This document shows, in pieces, positions 56,407 through 64,000 of a DNA stretch of 64,000 nucleotides. Location: positions 456,292 to 520,291 of the forward strand of contig JADKEK010000003.1 of assembly GCA_016718035.1 (NCBI GenBank), written 5' to 3'. The first letter of the stretch is position 1; each line of letters starts with the position of its first letter. Origin of the DNA: Bacteroidota bacterium. Lineage in GTDB: Bacteria > Bacteroidota > Bacteroidia > Chitinophagales > BACL12. Both the position numbers and the translations under genes were made by a program. Under the pieces are notes generated by a model that saw only the letters and a program-made list of their open reading frames with translations, was not told the origin of the DNA and did no database searches.

Positions 56407-58935
56407 TTACTGTTTTATAAGTTGTTTTACTATAGTGTTTCCGTTGTCAAATTTAACCAAAATTTGGTAAACTCCATTAGGCAAAGCAGAAATATTTAAG
56501 CTGCCATTGTTTTTTATTGCGGTTTTTAATGCGGTTTCACCAAGAATATTGACAACTTCAATTGACATGAAATTTAAAATTTCACAATCTACCTGTAAAC
56601 ATTGTGCTTGCAAACGGACTTCATTACTGGCTGGGTTAGGATAAAGGTTGACATTATAATTAATTGAACCTGAAACTCTTTCCGGCGGGTAATACGCTTC
56701 AATTGGCACCTTAATGTAACCAAATGAATAAGCAGGCACCTCTAAACATTTTAACGGATCTCCACTTCCTGGACAGTTTGGAACATTTAAAATAGTGTCT
56801 ATTTGAGTTATTTCAATTGGAAATTCAACATCGTATGGGTCATTATAACATTCGTTTAATTTAAAAAGTGTGTTTTTCCCTTGCCCTGATGTAGAATATG
56901 GTTTTGATGCCTTTACACAATAAATAGTTGCTGTATCTACAATTGTTAGGGTGCCACCAGGATAAATTCCGGTCGTTCCCGCAGTATTTAGCAGGTATTG
57001 CTGTGTTGTATCTCTTTGGTTGGAGAAATAAATGTAAAGGTTCTCCTTTGCTGTATCTATAAAAACTGTAGGCTGCACGTTGACACTTGCAATATATATA
57101 CCGAAGTTACCTTGTAGATACTTCAAATCTTTTTTTGTAATTTCTCCAAGTAACTCATATACAAAATGAGTTGTCCGCTTCATTAAATAGTTGCGTCCAT
57201 TAGGGTTAGCATCTGCATTCCAGCTATATGGAATGATATCCTTGCCTAAAAAATCTAGTTCATGTTTACGAGCAGGCCCAATAGTAGCATTGGTTCCACC
57301 ACCGGCATAATTGTGAAACGTTGAATAAGTATGGAATCCATTTCGGTAATTTGCATTATAGTTCAGTTTAACATCTTTTAAAAACCATTCAAAGGTGACA
57401 TAACCATGCATAAAACCATGTGAATAGACACCTATCCTGTTTAATTGACCCTCAGCATAATTACCCTGATCCTTGAAGTTCCATTCGGAAACAATTAATT
57501 CTTTTTTTGAAGCAGAATCAAGGTCGAAATCAAGAACTGAATTGTGTTCGTTATATGACTCTATATATCGTGTCCTTATAAAGGTTCTAAAATTTATCCC
57601 TATTCCATCAAATGCATCTTCAAGCCTTGTATCGTAAGTCTCAAAGCGCCACTCATCATTATTTGGGTTCATATCATCGTTTAGGCAAGCATATGTCGAA
57701 TCAAGCTGAATTAGTGGGATTGAGTCCCAATTGTGCCCATCATAATAGGGATGTAAAATAACAGCATCAAATGCATGTCGGTATTTATTCACCAAGCCAG
57801 TAATAGGCTCTTTAATATGGTATTTTGTTCTTAGGTCTAAATTCCAATCGTCATCTGCCCTTGATCCGCTTTCTGCAGGACCTGCATCTCGCAACGCAAA
57901 TATTGCATCATGAAGGTTTTCAGCGGGTATACCAACTTTACATGTGAATAAAGCCTCATTTTTAAAAGCGCCAATAAAATCATGGTCGTTCCAAACTGCG
58001 CTCCCTACAGTATAAATATCTAGCGAGTCATTATTTATTCCATTAATATATTGCCAATAATCTTCAAAAGTATACCAGCCCATCATTAATCGAGAATAAT
58101 CGAAATATGGTTCATTTCCCATTTCTACAAAAACAACGGACAGGTCGTGAATCGGATTATCTCGTAAATATTGAATTATTTCTTTGGTTTCAGTAGCGGT
58201 ATTGCTGAATATATTTAAGCAGTAAATAATTTTCACTACATGACCTGGATTATCTGTTTCAATTTTCTTTACTAAGTTGATAAAGTCATCAATAAATCTA
58301 TGGGTGCTATCTAATAAATTTTGTTCAACCCAATTATTATAGTAACTAAGGTAATCTTCTATATACCCTGGGTCAATCCATTCAGAAAGCGCTACCTCAT
58401 CATCTGCATCTGCAAGTATTTCTGCCAAAGTAGGATTATCAGTTATACTATCTGTAACATCATAAAATCGTGCAATTTTATCAATGTCATAACCATACCC
58501 CGGTCCCTCCATAACATCCATAAACCTGCATTCAGCGCCTCCTGGGAAGCGCAAAGTCTCAGGCTTTAGATCGCTGAGCCATTGCCATTGGTCGTCTGCA
58601 GAACCATCATTTGGCATAGATTTTCTATTAAAAATTCCAGCAGTATTAAACCCATACAAGCCTTTTGTAACAGTTTTCATTGTTGAACCTAGGTTAATAT
58701 TTATTATTGAATCATTTAAACCAAGTCGCAACGCTTCTTCATCTATAGTATCAGTAGCATCAGCTCCGAAATACCAAACAGTATCTAATCCATCAGTATT
58801 CGTCTCTACAACAATTCCGGTAGTATCAATAATTTCATCAGGGTAATCCTGTGCAAAAAGGTTGCTTGTAGAAGAAAGAAAAATTAATAATAACGAAATG
58901 GCTCCTGCCATTGATTTCCGACTTGAGTTTTTCAT
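56407..58935 (-). CDS. Large T9SS-CTD secreted protein, possible glycoside-hydrolase-like TIM barrel
   Basis: Signal peptide, LRFPGGAECRF (reminiscent of GH51/GH79-type barrels) and MGNEPY. CTD LYPNPASNEVRL...GVYQILVKFDNGNTIVKQLIKQ. Confidence 0.55.
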   Translation of the reverse strand: MKNSSRKSMAGAISLLLIFLSSTSNLFAQDYPDEIIDTTGIVVETNTDGLDTVWYFGADATDTIDEEALRLGLNDSIININLGSTMKTVTKGLYGFNTAGIFNRKSMPNDGSADDQWQWLSDLKPETLRFPGGAECRFMDVMEGPGYGYDIDKIARFYDVTDSITDNPTLAEILADADDEVALSEWIDPGYIEDYLSYYNNWVEQNLLDSTHRFIDDFINLVKKIETDNPGHVVKIIYCLNIFSNTATETKEIIQYLRDNPIHDLSVVFVEMGNEPYFDYSRLMMGWYTFEDYWQYINGINNDSLDIYTVGSAVWNDHDFIGAFKNEALFTCKVGIPAENLHDAIFALRDAGPAESGSRADDDWNLDLRTKYHIKEPITGLVNKYRHAFDAVILHPYYDGHNWDSIPLIQLDSTYACLNDDMNPNNDEWRFETYDTRLEDAFDGIGINFRTFIRTRYIESYNEHNSVLDFDLDSASKKELIVSEWNFKDQGNYAEGQLNRIGVYSHGFMHGYVTFEWFLKDVKLNYNANYRNGFHTYSTFHNYAGGGTNATIGPARKHELDFLGKDIIPYSWNADANPNGRNYLMKRTTHFVYELLGEITKKDLKYLQGNFGIYIASVNVQPTVFIDTAKENLYIYFSNQRDTTQQYLLNTAGTTGIYPGGTLTIVDTATIYCVKASKPYSTSGQGKNTLFKLNECYNDPYDVEFPIEITQIDTILNVPNCPGSGDPLKCLEVPAYSFGYIKVPIEAYYPPERVSGSINYNVNLYPNPASNEVRLQAQCLQVDCEILNFMSIEVVNILGETALKTAIKNNGSLNISALPNGVYQILVKFDNGNTIVKQLIKQ

Positions 58936-58995
58936 TAGAGTAAATTTGGTTTTAAGAAAGTTAAAGAACTAATACTTTTCCAGTATTATGCTAAA

Positions 58996-59003
58996 CAAAT
59001 CTA
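58996..59003 (-). promoter_or_regulatory. Bacteroidota -7 box (TAGATTTG on the minus strand) for the 842-aa T9SS gene
   Basis: Plus strand reads CAAATCTA, about 60 nt upstream of the ATG at 58935. Confidence 0.4.
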
Positions 59004-59331
59004 ACGTATAACTTATTGAAGTTTTGTTAAATTACATTTTGTGCAATAGATTCACGGAAAACCGTTAATTATATTCATTATTCGTTAATTAGAGCTGAAA
59101 ATTATTATCAATTTCATAAGTATTCTAAAATATAAATGGTATCAGCAACCGGTGAAGAGTCATTATTCACATATGTTTATCTCTATAAATTTTAAGTAAA
59201 CCCTGATTTTTATAATTTTACTATCAATCTAAAATTATTTATTCAAAATGTTATATTGGCATGCATTGTTAATAGAGTGGCGTAAACTTGGCCGAAAGGG
59301 GTTAAGTGTTCCATATATTTTGGGTAGTCAA

Positions 59332-59709
59332 ATGTATTTGAAGAATAACACCACACGACAATCTATCACTGATTTAATAATTTCAATTACTACCAATAAC
59401 CTTATAAAAGTATACTTTACTTATTGTCCTGAAATAGATGGGTTAATTTTATGTTACAAGGACGATACGGCTACTAAATTGCTTGGAGCATATCCAAAAA
59501 TAAATGGAAATGAACAAAACAATTTATTTGTAACAAATTTTTTAGATGAATTTCACGTAGACCTGAGTTTTTTAATTAGTGAATTGTTGGAAAGGCATCA
59601 AAAGGATATTTCAACCGGTCGGTTTTCAAGAATTGACCGGGCCTGGCAAGCCTTTTCAATAGATGAAATTAATTTTATTCGACAAACATTTAAAACCTAT
59701 AACCTGTAA
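59332..59709 (+). CDS. Hypothetical protein A of the AT-rich two-gene cassette
   Basis: The track ORF is 59248-59709. The internal ATG at 59332 has a near-consensus TATATTTTG box 11 nt upstream. No recognisable family, no TM helix and no signal peptide. Confidence 0.45.
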   Translation: MYLKNNTTRQSITDLIISITTNNLIKVYFTYCPEIDGLILCYKDDTATKLLGAYPKINGNEQNNLFVTNFLDEFHVDLSFLISELLERHQKDISTGRFSRIDRAWQAFSIDEINFIRQTFKTYNL

Positions 59710-59710
59710 T

Positions 59711-60628
59711 ATGAACTCTACACAATATTGGAAGAATTTTAGCCTAGGAACTGAAATAGATATTTCCGGGGCATTTATTTACAATGGTCTTAAAGCCTTT
59801 GATGATATTCAATTCTTTATATATGAGGCCGAAATTTTCGAGGTACTTTATAACTTATCAATTGGAATAGAGCGTTTGTGTAAGGTTGCGATAGTTCTTA
59901 TAGAGTATAATTCATCAACAGATTCCAAACGATTTACAGAAAGCATTAAAACTCATAAAATTGAGAATTTAATAAAAAGAATATCAAAAAATAAAATAAT
60001 TAATTTAAATGCCAACGATAAAGCATTTATTAATTTACTATCTCATTTCTACAATTCATTGCGATACGATAGGTATTCAGAAAATGAGCAGAATTATTAC
60101 ACTAAAGAAAAGGAAGCATTTGTGAATTATTTAAACTCAGAATTAAAATTTTCAATTGATATAAATTCTGATTTTAATCTCACTGAAAATGACAGGGTTA
60201 TTAAATCAAGTTTTGGTAAGATAGTAGGAAATATTGTTACCCAGCTGTATGAAATAGTTAGAAATGAAGCAATGCGATTACACCTCTACACTTATGAGAT
60301 AAGAGAGTTTTCAAAAGCGCGAAAAATATTTTATTCCGAAAAATTCGATTTTTTAGAGGAAGCCAATGCAATAAAGGAACTGATTGTATTTTTTATAAAC
60401 AACAAAAATTCAAATGGCCTATTCAAAATAATAAGAAATATTACACCCTTAGACTTAGATCCTGCGCTTGCAAATGATTATATTCAAGCATTGATTCACC
60501 CGCACATGTTGCAGGAGCACTTAGATGAAATAGAAGCAAACCTTGAAAACATCCCGGACAAGCTAGATAGAATTGAAGTAATGGAACTGTTAGGTGATTT
60601 AAGGAGTCAATTTGACGATAGCGATTAA
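59711..60628 (+). CDS. Hypothetical protein B of the two-gene cassette (305 aa, predicted all-alpha; weak HEPN/Abi-like hints)
   Basis: The ATG at 59711 is 1 nt after protein A's stop. Helical composition with SIGIERLCKVAIVL ... IKTHKIENLIKRI ... RNEAMRLH segments. No confident family match by eye. Confidence 0.5.
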   Translation: MNSTQYWKNFSLGTEIDISGAFIYNGLKAFDDIQFFIYEAEIFEVLYNLSIGIERLCKVAIVLIEYNSSTDSKRFTESIKTHKIENLIKRISKNKIINLNANDKAFINLLSHFYNSLRYDRYSENEQNYYTKEKEAFVNYLNSELKFSIDINSDFNLTENDRVIKSSFGKIVGNIVTQLYEIVRNEAMRLHLYTYEIREFSKARKIFYSEKFDFLEEANAIKELIVFFINNKNSNGLFKIIRNITPLDLDPALANDYIQALIHPHMLQEHLDEIEANLENIPDKLDRIEVMELLGDLRSQFDDSD

Positions 60629-60933
60629 AAATAAATTGATTAACTTACTAAACATATGATTTCTTGTTAAAATCCAATTAAGGCCATCCTCCGATTTAGG
60701 CGCACCATATATCGTATGAGTCGTTTTATTCAATTGAATTACTTCACCCAAAGAACAAACATCGTCGGCCTCTCCCCGAACATCCTTATTTTCCGCCTAA
60801 ACAATAGTTTACCGGTATATTACCTTTTTTATTTACCCCCTTCCAGTTCAGTTATCTATTCATCCCCAAGTGTAAGCAAACTAACACAGGAGCTTCGGTT
60901 GACTACCCCCTTTGTAATCTCAAAACCTTTACC

Positions 60934-60941
60934 TATCTTTG
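60934..60941 (+). promoter_or_regulatory. Bacteroidota -7 box TATCTTTG for rimP-nusA-infB
   Basis: Exact TAnnTTTG match followed by GCACC, 52 nt upstream of the rimP ATG. Confidence 0.5.
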
Positions 60942-60952
60942 CACCACTTCGG

Positions 60953-60986
60953 AAGAGGGGACAGTAAAAAGTCCCCTCTTTTGTTT
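60953..60986 (+). promoter_or_regulatory. Terminator-like leader hairpin (candidate attenuator) in the rimP 5' UTR
   Basis: Perfect 10-bp stem AAGAGGGGAC / GTCCCCTCTT, 8-nt loop, followed by TTGTTT. Lies between the predicted transcription start and the ATG at 60994. Confidence 0.55.
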
Positions 60987-60993
60987 CTGTATC

Positions 60994-61461
60994 ATGAACA
61001 ACCGGGAAATTATAGAGGCTTGGCTAGCGCCCAGACTGGATGAAATGGGCTGCTTTTTGGTGGATATCAGGATTAATCCATCTATCAATAAGTATGAAAT
61101 TTTTATCGATAGTCCCACCGGCGTAACTATTGACCAATGTATGGTAATTAGCCGCTACGTTGAGTTTCAGATGGATAACGACCCCGGATTTCCTGAAAAA
61201 TACAGCCTCGATGTGTCGAGCCCGGGTATGGAAAATCCGTTTAAAGTGCAGCAGCAGTTCGACAAAAATATCGGCAAAACGGTGGAGGTAGTTTTGCTGA
61301 ATGGCATTAAAAAGGAAGGGATGCTGAAAAAGGCAGATGGTAAAGTGTTACACCTGGAAGTACATCACCCCCCAAAGAAAAAAGGTATGAAACCGGAAAT
61401 TGAGCTGGAAACATACGGGTTTGAAGAGATTAAAAGCGTGAAGAAAAAAATCATTTTTTAG
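60994..61461 (+). CDS. rimP: Ribosome maturation factor RimP
   Basis: 155 aa with LDVSSPGMENPF, characteristic of RimP. Directly upstream of nusA. Confidence 0.88.
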   Translation: MNNREIIEAWLAPRLDEMGCFLVDIRINPSINKYEIFIDSPTGVTIDQCMVISRYVEFQMDNDPGFPEKYSLDVSSPGMENPFKVQQQFDKNIGKTVEVVLLNGIKKEGMLKKADGKVLHLEVHHPPKKKGMKPEIELETYGFEEIKSVKKKIIF

Positions 61462-61546
61462 CATAAATTATTGATAATCAATATATTATAACAAACAAAC
61501 ATCGGTTTAACTGCCTTGGGTGGACAAACCAAAAAAAACAAATACT

Positions 61547-62788
61547 ATGAACAGCGTAGAACTAGTAGATTCCTTTTCGGAGTTTAAGGACGTCAAAAAC
61601 ATCGACCGTCCCACACTTATGAAAGTGCTGGAAGACATATTCCGCACCTTATTGCGCAAGAAGTACGAAAACGATGAAAACTTCGACATCATTGTAAACA
61701 CCGAAAAGGGTGACCTTGAAATTTGGCATCGCCGCGAGATTGTGGAAGACGGGGCAGTAGAAAACCCGGTAACACAAATTGCATTGGCAGAAGCTTTAAA
61801 AATTGAGCCCGATTTTTCGGTAGGTGAAGAAACGTATGAAAATGTGAGCATCGAAAGTTTCGGTCGCCGTGCCATTTTAGCTGCCCGCCAGGCTTTGGTG
61901 CAGCGTATTATGGAATTGGAAAAAGACGAAGTTTATAAAAAATATAAAGACCGTGAAGGTGAAATCATCACCGGTGAAGTATATCAGGTTTGGAAAAAAG
62001 AAATCCTGTTATTGGATGATGATGGCAATGAGCTGATTTTACCTAAAAATGAATTGATTCACGCCGATAATTATAAAAAGGGTGAAACCTTAAGAGGTGT
62101 TGTAAAAAAAGTAGATTTCCGCAACAATAATCCTGTGGTTATCGTTTCAAGAACAGACCCTAAGTTCCTCGAAAAATTATTGGAACAAGAAGTGCCTGAG
62201 GTATTCGACGGACTTATTGTGATTAAAAAGATTGTTCGCGCTCCTGGCGAAAGAGCAAAAGTGGCTGTTGAATCATACGACGACCGTATTGACCCGGTTG
62301 GTGCCTGCGTAGGTATGAAAGGAAGCCGTATTCACGGTATTGTGCGTGAGTTGCGCAACGAAAACATAGATATTATTAATTACACCAATAATAACCAGTT
62401 ATTAATTCAACGTGCATTAAGTCCTGCAAAAATTTCATCTATCGAATTAGATAATGAAAAGAAAAAAGCAGCGGTTTATCTTGCACAAGATCAAGTTTCA
62501 TTGGCAATTGGTAAAGGTGGTTTAAATATCAAATTAGCCTGTCAGTTAACCGGATACGATATTGACGTATTCCGCGATACCGAAGAGGAAGAAATGGATA
62601 TCGACCTTGATGAATTTGCAGATGAAATTGACGAATGGATGATAGATGAACTCAAGTCGATTGGTTGTGATACTGCGAGAAGCGTATTGGAATTAAGCGC
62701 CGATGAGTTAGTTCGTCGTACCGATTTGGAAGAAGAAACGGTAAAAGAAATTATCAAAATATTAAAATCAGAGTTCGACGAAGATTGA
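61547..62788 (+). CDS. nusA: Transcription termination/antitermination factor NusA
   Basis: N-terminal domain, S1 (GEIITGEV...), two KH domains (ACVGMKGSRI, IGKGGLNI), and an acidic C-terminal repeat. ATG 61547 is preferred over the GTG at 61520. Confidence 0.93.
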   Translation: MNSVELVDSFSEFKDVKNIDRPTLMKVLEDIFRTLLRKKYENDENFDIIVNTEKGDLEIWHRREIVEDGAVENPVTQIALAEALKIEPDFSVGEETYENVSIESFGRRAILAARQALVQRIMELEKDEVYKKYKDREGEIITGEVYQVWKKEILLLDDDGNELILPKNELIHADNYKKGETLRGVVKKVDFRNNNPVVIVSRTDPKFLEKLLEQEVPEVFDGLIVIKKIVRAPGERAKVAVESYDDRIDPVGACVGMKGSRIHGIVRELRNENIDIINYTNNNQLLIQRALSPAKISSIELDNEKKKAAVYLAQDQVSLAIGKGGLNIKLACQLTGYDIDVFRDTEEEEMDIDLDEFADEIDEWMIDELKSIGCDTARSVLELSADELVRRTDLEEETVKEIIKILKSEFDED

Positions 62789-62838
62789 TGTAAACATTAA
62801 TTCATATAGGTTTTTGATATATGATAAAATGTTAATCC

Positions 62839-62846
62839 TATCTTTG
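62839..62846 (+). promoter_or_regulatory. Bacteroidota -7 box TATCTTTG (internal promoter) upstream of infB
   Basis: Exact TAnnTTTG match, 16 nt upstream of the ATG at 62863. Confidence 0.45.
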
Positions 62847-62862
62847 TAACCCAAGCAACTGA

Positions 62863-64000
62863 ATGTCAGAAGAAAAAACTATAAGATTAGCTAAGGCCGC
62901 CAGCGAGTTCAACGTGGCAATGTCGCACATCGTTGATTTGCTGACTACAAAGGGTTTTTCCGTAGATGCCAAACCTACAACCAAGCTCTCGGAAGAAATG
63001 TATACCCTTTTGCTGAAGGAATTCGGCAAGGATAAAGACTTGAAAGGCAAAGCCGATCAGTTAAGCATAGGTATTGGCCGCAAGCTCGAGAAGGAGAAGG
63101 CTGACGAGGTTGTTGAACCTGTTAAAAAAACGGAAGAACCTGAGGTTAAAACAGAAATAAAACCGGAAGAAAAGCCGGAAATAAAACCTGAAGTGAAGCC
63201 TGAGGTAAAACCGGAAGTGAAACCTGAAGGTAAACCTGAAGGTAAACCGGAGAAAAAACCTGTCGTTGAAAAACAGGAAAAAGCTAAACCGGAAAAAACA
63301 GAAGAAGAAAAACCTGTTGAGGAAGTTGAGGTAATAAAAGCGCGAAAAGAAAAGGTTGATGAATTAAAAGTGGTAGGTAAAATTGACCTAAATAAAAAAC
63401 CTGCCAAAAAAGAAGAACCTCCTGTAGAAAAAGCGCCTCCTGTTGTTACCAAAAAAACCTTTGAAGTAAAAAAAGCAGATAAAGATGCGCCGGTTAAGGA
63501 AACCAAAAAATCCGAAGAAATTACACCTGAGGTTGAAGAGGTTGTGGAGAAAAAGGTAGAAGTGGAGCGCGAAATGATTGAAACCAAAAAAGTGACGCTC
63601 GAAGGGCCGAAAATTATTGGTAAAATCGAAATTAAAGAAGAGAAAAAACCGGAAAAACGCCCTCATCAACACGGTGGTGGTGCCGATGATCCTAACAAGA
63701 AAAAACGCAAACGCATTAAAAAGCATGAGCGTATTAATGTAGATAAGGTTAAAGAAGAAGATGCACACCGCGAAAACCGCAGCAGAAATCCTATTGGGGT
63801 TAACCTCAAAAAGCCTGCTATTGTTGACCCGGAAGCTGCACAACGCCAAATTCAGGAACAAATCCGCAATACTCTCGCTAAACTGAGCGGAAACAATCAG
63901 CAGCGTGGTAAAGGTGCGCGTGTTGCCAAACAGTTGAAACGCGAAAAACGCGAAGCGGCTGAAATTGAAGCAGCAGAAGCACTTACCAGCAATGTATTGC
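62863..64000 (+). CDS. infB: Translation initiation factor IF-2, N-terminal part (runs off the window)
   Basis: Not in the ORF track because the end is open. Translation gives MSEEKTIRLAKAASEFNVAMSHIVDLL (IF2_N) followed by a Lys/Glu/Pro-rich linker. Position after nusA is conserved. Confidence 0.88.
   Translation, partial: MSEEKTIRLAKAASEFNVAMSHIVDLLTTKGFSVDAKPTTKLSEEMYTLLLKEFGKDKDLKGKADQLSIGIGRKLEKEKADEVVEPVKKTEEPEVKTEIKPEEKPEIKPEVKPEVKPEVKPEGKPEGKPEKKPVVEKQEKAKPEKTEEEKPVEEVEVIKARKEKVDELKVVGKIDLNKKPAKKEEPPVEKAPPVVTKKTFEVKKADKDAPVKETKKSEEITPEVEEVVEKKVEVEREMIETKKVTLEGPKIIGKIEIKEEKKPEKRPHQHGGGADDPNKKKRKRIKKHERINVDKVKEEDAHRENRSRNPIGVNLKKPAIVDPEAAQRQIQEQIRNTLAKLSGNNQQRGKGARVAKQLKREKREAAEIEAAEALTSNVL
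63160..63261 (+). repeat. In-frame 12-nt tandem repeat encoding (KPEx)n within infB
   Basis: AAA CCN GAR NNN repeated about 8.5 times, giving KPEEKPEIKPEVKPEVKPEVKPEGKPEGKPEKKP. Confidence 0.85.

Noticed and set aside
60716-60967. 83-aa track ORF upstream of rimP
   Set aside because: It runs through the rimP promoter box and the leader hairpin. It is Pro/Ser/Leu-rich from a C/T-rich strand, with no start context. It is treated as non-coding, although the C-rich stretch itself remains unexplained.
1733-61875. Numerous 60-130 aa track ORFs nested antisense or out of frame inside long genes (for example 1733-1948, 3181-3441, 5045-5320, 13236-13553, 24277-24666, 43094-43390, 47531-47833, 48695-49063, 54050-54658, 61507-61875)
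   Set aside because: Each lies wholly within a well-supported longer CDS with recognisable domains. None shows motifs or independent start or terminator signals. They are typical shadow ORFs.
63057-63861. Two long minus-strand ORFs (176 and 157 aa) rich in Ser, Phe and Gly
   Set aside because: They are antisense shadows of the Lys/Glu/Pro-rich repetitive IF-2 N-terminal region. The plus-strand infB reading is strongly supported by the IF2_N motif and by synteny after nusA.
1-64000. Scan for tRNA, rRNA, tmRNA, RNase P, transposase, integrase, reverse transcriptase or cas genes
   Set aside because: No hallmark sequences were recognised by eye: no GTTCGAATC-type T-arms in a cloverleaf context, no GAGGAAAGTCC, no DDE or tyrosine-recombinase-like ORFs. 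Absence by visual inspection is not proof; an Infernal or tRNAscan run would be decisive.

Overview
The window looks like a chromosomal segment of a low-GC Bacteroidota genome. Three things support this: many proteins end in T9SS C-terminal sorting domains, TAnnTTTG -7 promoter boxes sit in front of many genes, and isoprenoid synthesis genes are of the mevalonate type. I count about 55 protein-coding genes. I found no rRNA, tRNA, CRISPR array, transposase or integrase. Contents, left to right: (1) a SusC-like TonB-dependent receptor fragment, a PDZ/T9SS protein, a two-component pair and pepF. (2) A mevalonate-pathway cluster: fni, a frameshifted HMG-CoA reductase, a GYDIA-type GHMP kinase, mvaD and mvk. 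(3) sucAB and small housekeeping genes. (4) An arsenosugar-type cluster: two DUF2064 proteins, an AhpD-like protein, radical-SAM ArsS, a translationally coupled PiT transporter and an ArsM-like methyltransferase. (5) Two tandem paralogous metzincin-GEVED-T9SS proteins. (6) A flavoprotein plus NapH-like polyferredoxin pair, followed by a three-gene envelope-glycan module (a Ppm1-like GT2, a frameshifted CesA-like GT2 and a GT-C-like membrane protein). (7) Two OmpA/TSP3 proteins, more T9SS cargo and an ABC-F ATPase. (8) A second arsenic locus, arsR-arsN2-arsM, with a candidate operator. (9) glyQS. (10) An AT-rich island carrying an uncharacterised two-gene cassette. (11) The rimP-nusA-infB operon, whose leader contains a terminator-like hairpin. 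The most notable observations are: the unannotated two-gene cassette (a candidate abortive-infection or toxin-antitoxin system, by inference only); the arsenosugar cluster with its embedded PiT; two frameshifted biosynthetic genes; an identical 20-nt promoter/start module at two unlinked housekeeping genes, which implies leaderless mRNAs; and paired 8-nt repeat arrays flanking a hairpin-rich spacer. All family assignments come from motif recognition by eye. No database search was run.
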